Source: Monocercomonoides exilis PA203 (taxonomy: Eukaryota > Protista > Preaxostyla). Taken from it: 64,000 nt of DNA. The position numbers were made by a program, and so were the translations under genes. Location of the stretch: contig LSRY02000039.1 in the NCBI GenBank assembly GCA_001643675.2, positions 682,001 through 746,000 of the forward strand, read 5' to 3'. Every line of letters begins with the position of its first letter. The stretch's first letter is position 1. The notes beneath the pieces are model-generated. The model searched no databases. It had not been told where the DNA came from and was given only the letters and a program-made list of their open reading frames with translations. Shown piece by piece: positions 61,201 through 64,000 of the stretch.

Positions 61201-64000
61201 TTTCCACGCCATAACCTCCATCTTCACATCCTCCTCTTCTTCCAGCTGTTCCACATATCTCTCCATTGCCTTTCCCACCGGCACACTTCCAATGTAGTTG
61301 AATGAGATGTCTATGAATGTTGCCCATGTGCTGATGAAGTCGGTTCCAAACTGAATCCCACTAACTGCATAGTCTTCCCTCAATTTTCTGTCTCTTTTGG
61401 AAGAATGCGAATGTTTTGATGATGTTTTCCTTTCTCTCTCCTTCTCCTTTTCTCTTTCTCTTTCTCTCTCCTTCTCCTTCTCTATCATCTCTTCCCCTTC
61501 ATAGAATATATCGTGTCCGCTCTCCAGCCCATCCAAATACCCCACATCCCCTTCCTCTTCATCATCATCGCAGAACAAGTCATTCGCTATCAGATTCTTC
61601 TGCGATGCTGCCACATCCAGCCCTCCTTGTGGCGCTGTAATTCTCCGCGGGAGAAACCCTTCGGGAAGCCAGCTGCGGAATTCTCGCAGAATTTCCTCGT
61701 TTATTTGAGGGCGGTGCGGATGAGGGTAAGTTATCCAGGGGGTTTGAGTTTCATTTTCTGTGCTGTTATTGTTATTATTGTTTTCGCCTTCTTTCTTTTC
61801 TCCTTCGTTTTTCTTCTCTTGCGATGAAGAAGAAGAAGAGGAAGAAGAATTTATCGATTGCAACAGCTTCTTCATTACAAACTGCCCCAATCTCTTCCTC
61901 TTCGCATTCGCATTGTTTCCTCTTGTTCCCTGGACAGTGGAAGGCAAATTATTCGAGTAAATCAGAGGGCGAAAAGGGTATTTGGCATTGTCAGCATCGC
62001 TTCTTTCATAGAAGAGTAAGAACTGATGCTCCAATCTGATTGTTTTGCAGAGGGTGTCAAAGGAATGGCGAAGAGGGTATTCATATTGGAGATATGTGGG
62101 GGAGGAAGGACGAGGGGGAAGGGGAGAAGAAGAAGAAGAAGAAGAAAGTTTTGAGCGAGAAGAAGAAGAAGATAAGGATAAAGATGAAGAAGATTGCTGC
62201 CTCAGAAGAGAAGCAGAAGAGAATGAAGGAGCCAAACGAGAAGAACGATGACGTGATTTGGAAATGGCAGAAGCAATGTCGATTGTTTGTGGATGAACAG
62301 AAGAAGAAGAGGAAGAGGAAGAGGAATTAGAACTAGAAGAAGAAGGGGCATTGAAATACACCCCATCAATCAAAGTCCCCGTGACCATTCCAACATGCCC
62401 CGGGTATTTTGCATCGAGCATCACCTGCTCTTTCCTCCTCCTCTCTTTTCTCCACTTCTCCAGCTTCTGCCTCCTCTCCTGCCGCATCTTTTCCACTTTC
62501 ACCACTCTTTCTGACTGCAGCTGCGCTTCATACATCCTCTGCTTCTCTTGCTGCGTCCCCCTCTTCTCACTCATCGATACATTCGAACTGTTGTTGTTTA
62601 TTCCTCCTCCTCCTCCTTCTCTTCTCTCTCCTTCTCCTCTTCCTCCTCCTCCTTCTCTTCCCATCACACTTGCTCCTCCATTCACCCCCATCCCCATCCC
62701 CATCCCCATCCCCATCCCCATCTCTTTAGCTTTGCTCGTCCCTTTCTCTTCCTCTCTCTTCTCTCTTCTCTTCTCTTGTTTCCTTATACGCCTCTTCCAC
62801 GCCTCAAGTGCTCCCTTTCTCTGTTCATTGCCTTCTTCTTTTCCTTTTTCTCCTCCTCCTCCTCCCAAAATCTTCCCTTTATCCTCATCTCCTCCTTCCC
62901 CTTCCCTATCTCCTTCCCCTTCATCTCCATCACCTTCTCCATCACCATCAGCTTCCTCTTCTTTCCTCTCCTTCTCCCTCATCTCCTTCCTCTGATTATT
63001 CCTCCTCTCTGCCTCGATCGTTGCCAGCGTATATAAAGGCACCGAAGAAGCAACTCTTTGTGGAATAGTTCTCAGTCTGTTGTGTGATAAATCAGCATAT
63101 ACAATTCTTGCAGTGGAAGGGAAGAAGAAAGGCGAAAGCTCTTCTATTTGGTTGAAAGACACATCCAGACGCTTCAGAACAGGGAGAGCGGTGAATAATA
63201 TGGAAGGCAATGAAGAAAGCTTGTTGTCTGCTATGAGAAGAGATTCCAAGCAGCAGAACTGAAGAAGGAGAGGAGGGAATTCCTTGAGACGGTTGCAGGA
63301 TAAAGAGAGGGAGATGAGGGGGGACAAACCACTTTTTGAAGGGAGAAGAGGATGAGAAGCAAGAGAAGAAGAAGAGGAGGAAGAAGAAGAAGAATTAGTA
63401 TGAGCAGGAGAATTAACAGCTGAAGAAGACACACTTAGAGCATTGAGATTCGCAGTTGATGGCATTATCTTAGACGAGCCAGTGGCAGATGAAGCAACAG
63501 CCATTTGAGTTGGGAGAAGCTCTTTTTTAACAGGAATACGCTCAAAGAGAGAAGTGATGAAGTCATCAGAGCTGTGGAAGGGGCCTGTGAGAGGAAATTG
63601 ATACCCTGTGGGCTGGAGCATGGAGTGGGATGAGAGAGAGGAAGAGGAAGAAGAAGAGGAAAAGGAGGAGGAGGTATATGGAGATAAGGAGGATGAGGTT
63701 CTGCCAGAGAATGAAGAAGAGAGTTGTGATGGTGTTTTATTTGAAGCAGAAGCAGCAGAAGAAGAAGAAGATGAAGAATAATCATCACCTTCTGCCTCTC
63801 TAATTGCCTGCAAAATCTCCTGGAATGAAGGCAAAGACGTGATCTGATTGCCCGACAGGTTCAAAATCCTCAAGTTTGGCAAGAGGAAGATAAAAGCTGG
63901 CACAGAAGTGAGTCTGTTGAATGATAAGTTCAATCTGGTGAGCGCCCAGAGAGAAGAAAGAGAAGGCGAAACAGCTGAGAGGAGGTTGAACGACAAGTCA
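49981..64000 (-). CDS. Giant LRR + PP2C (PPM) protein phosphatase, PHLPP-like architecture, with very large Ser/Pro/Glu low-complexity inserts; 5' end outside window
   Basis: >4670 codons without a stop; LRRs (LTRLNLSFNRLTSVP, LRILNLSGNQITSLP, LKRLDVSFNQIEEL); PP2C motifs GMRMAMED, AVFDGHHG, GSCALVV..IANCGDCRAVL, LTIDHKP..LAVARTMGD, IGCDGLYD, DNLSVIVL. Confidence 0.9.

Noticed and set aside
50124-63788. Dozens of overlapping ORFs on both strands within the LRR-PP2C gene
   Set aside because: Shadow ORFs caused by stop-poor GAA/TCT repeats; no independent motifs.
1-64000. tRNA or rRNA genes
   Set aside because: No cloverleaf or conserved rRNA motif was recognised by eye; a covariance-model scan would be needed to exclude small ncRNAs.

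Overview
AT-rich eukaryotic (protist-like) genomic DNA. Its composition, GT-AG introns, poly-Ser/poly-Glu proteins and gene families resemble the oxymonad Monocercomonoides; this is an inference, not verified. Apparently intact host genes lie at the edges: a multi-RRM RNA-binding protein (<1-2368, minus), a 6-exon ABHD13/Bem46-like alpha/beta hydrolase (46235-47705, plus), a coiled-coil ORF (48170-48784), and a giant low-complexity LRR + PP2C phosphatase ORF (49981->64000, minus). The ~43 kb between the divergent RRM and hydrolase genes is mostly a nested stack of mobile elements. One DIRS1-like tyrosine-recombinase retrotransposon (own length ~4.4 kb: left ITR, gag, RT, RNase H, methyltransferase-like, YR, ICR, right ITR) is stretched over 9755-46055 by three large TIR/TSD-bounded insertions of 13.4, 4.0 and 14.5 kb. 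Its reading frames rejoin when these are removed. Apart from one decayed pogo/Tigger transposase, the large TIR elements show no recognisable transposase. Instead they carry mosaics of host multigene-family pseudogenes: Cys-rich surface proteins, a helical 'DLCEC/CLLK' family and an unknown coiled-coil family. This suggests a Pack-type gene-capturing transposon system operating through several end types (GGG..CCC with 4-bp TSD, 312-bp TIR with 8-bp TSD, hAT-like with 8-bp TSD).
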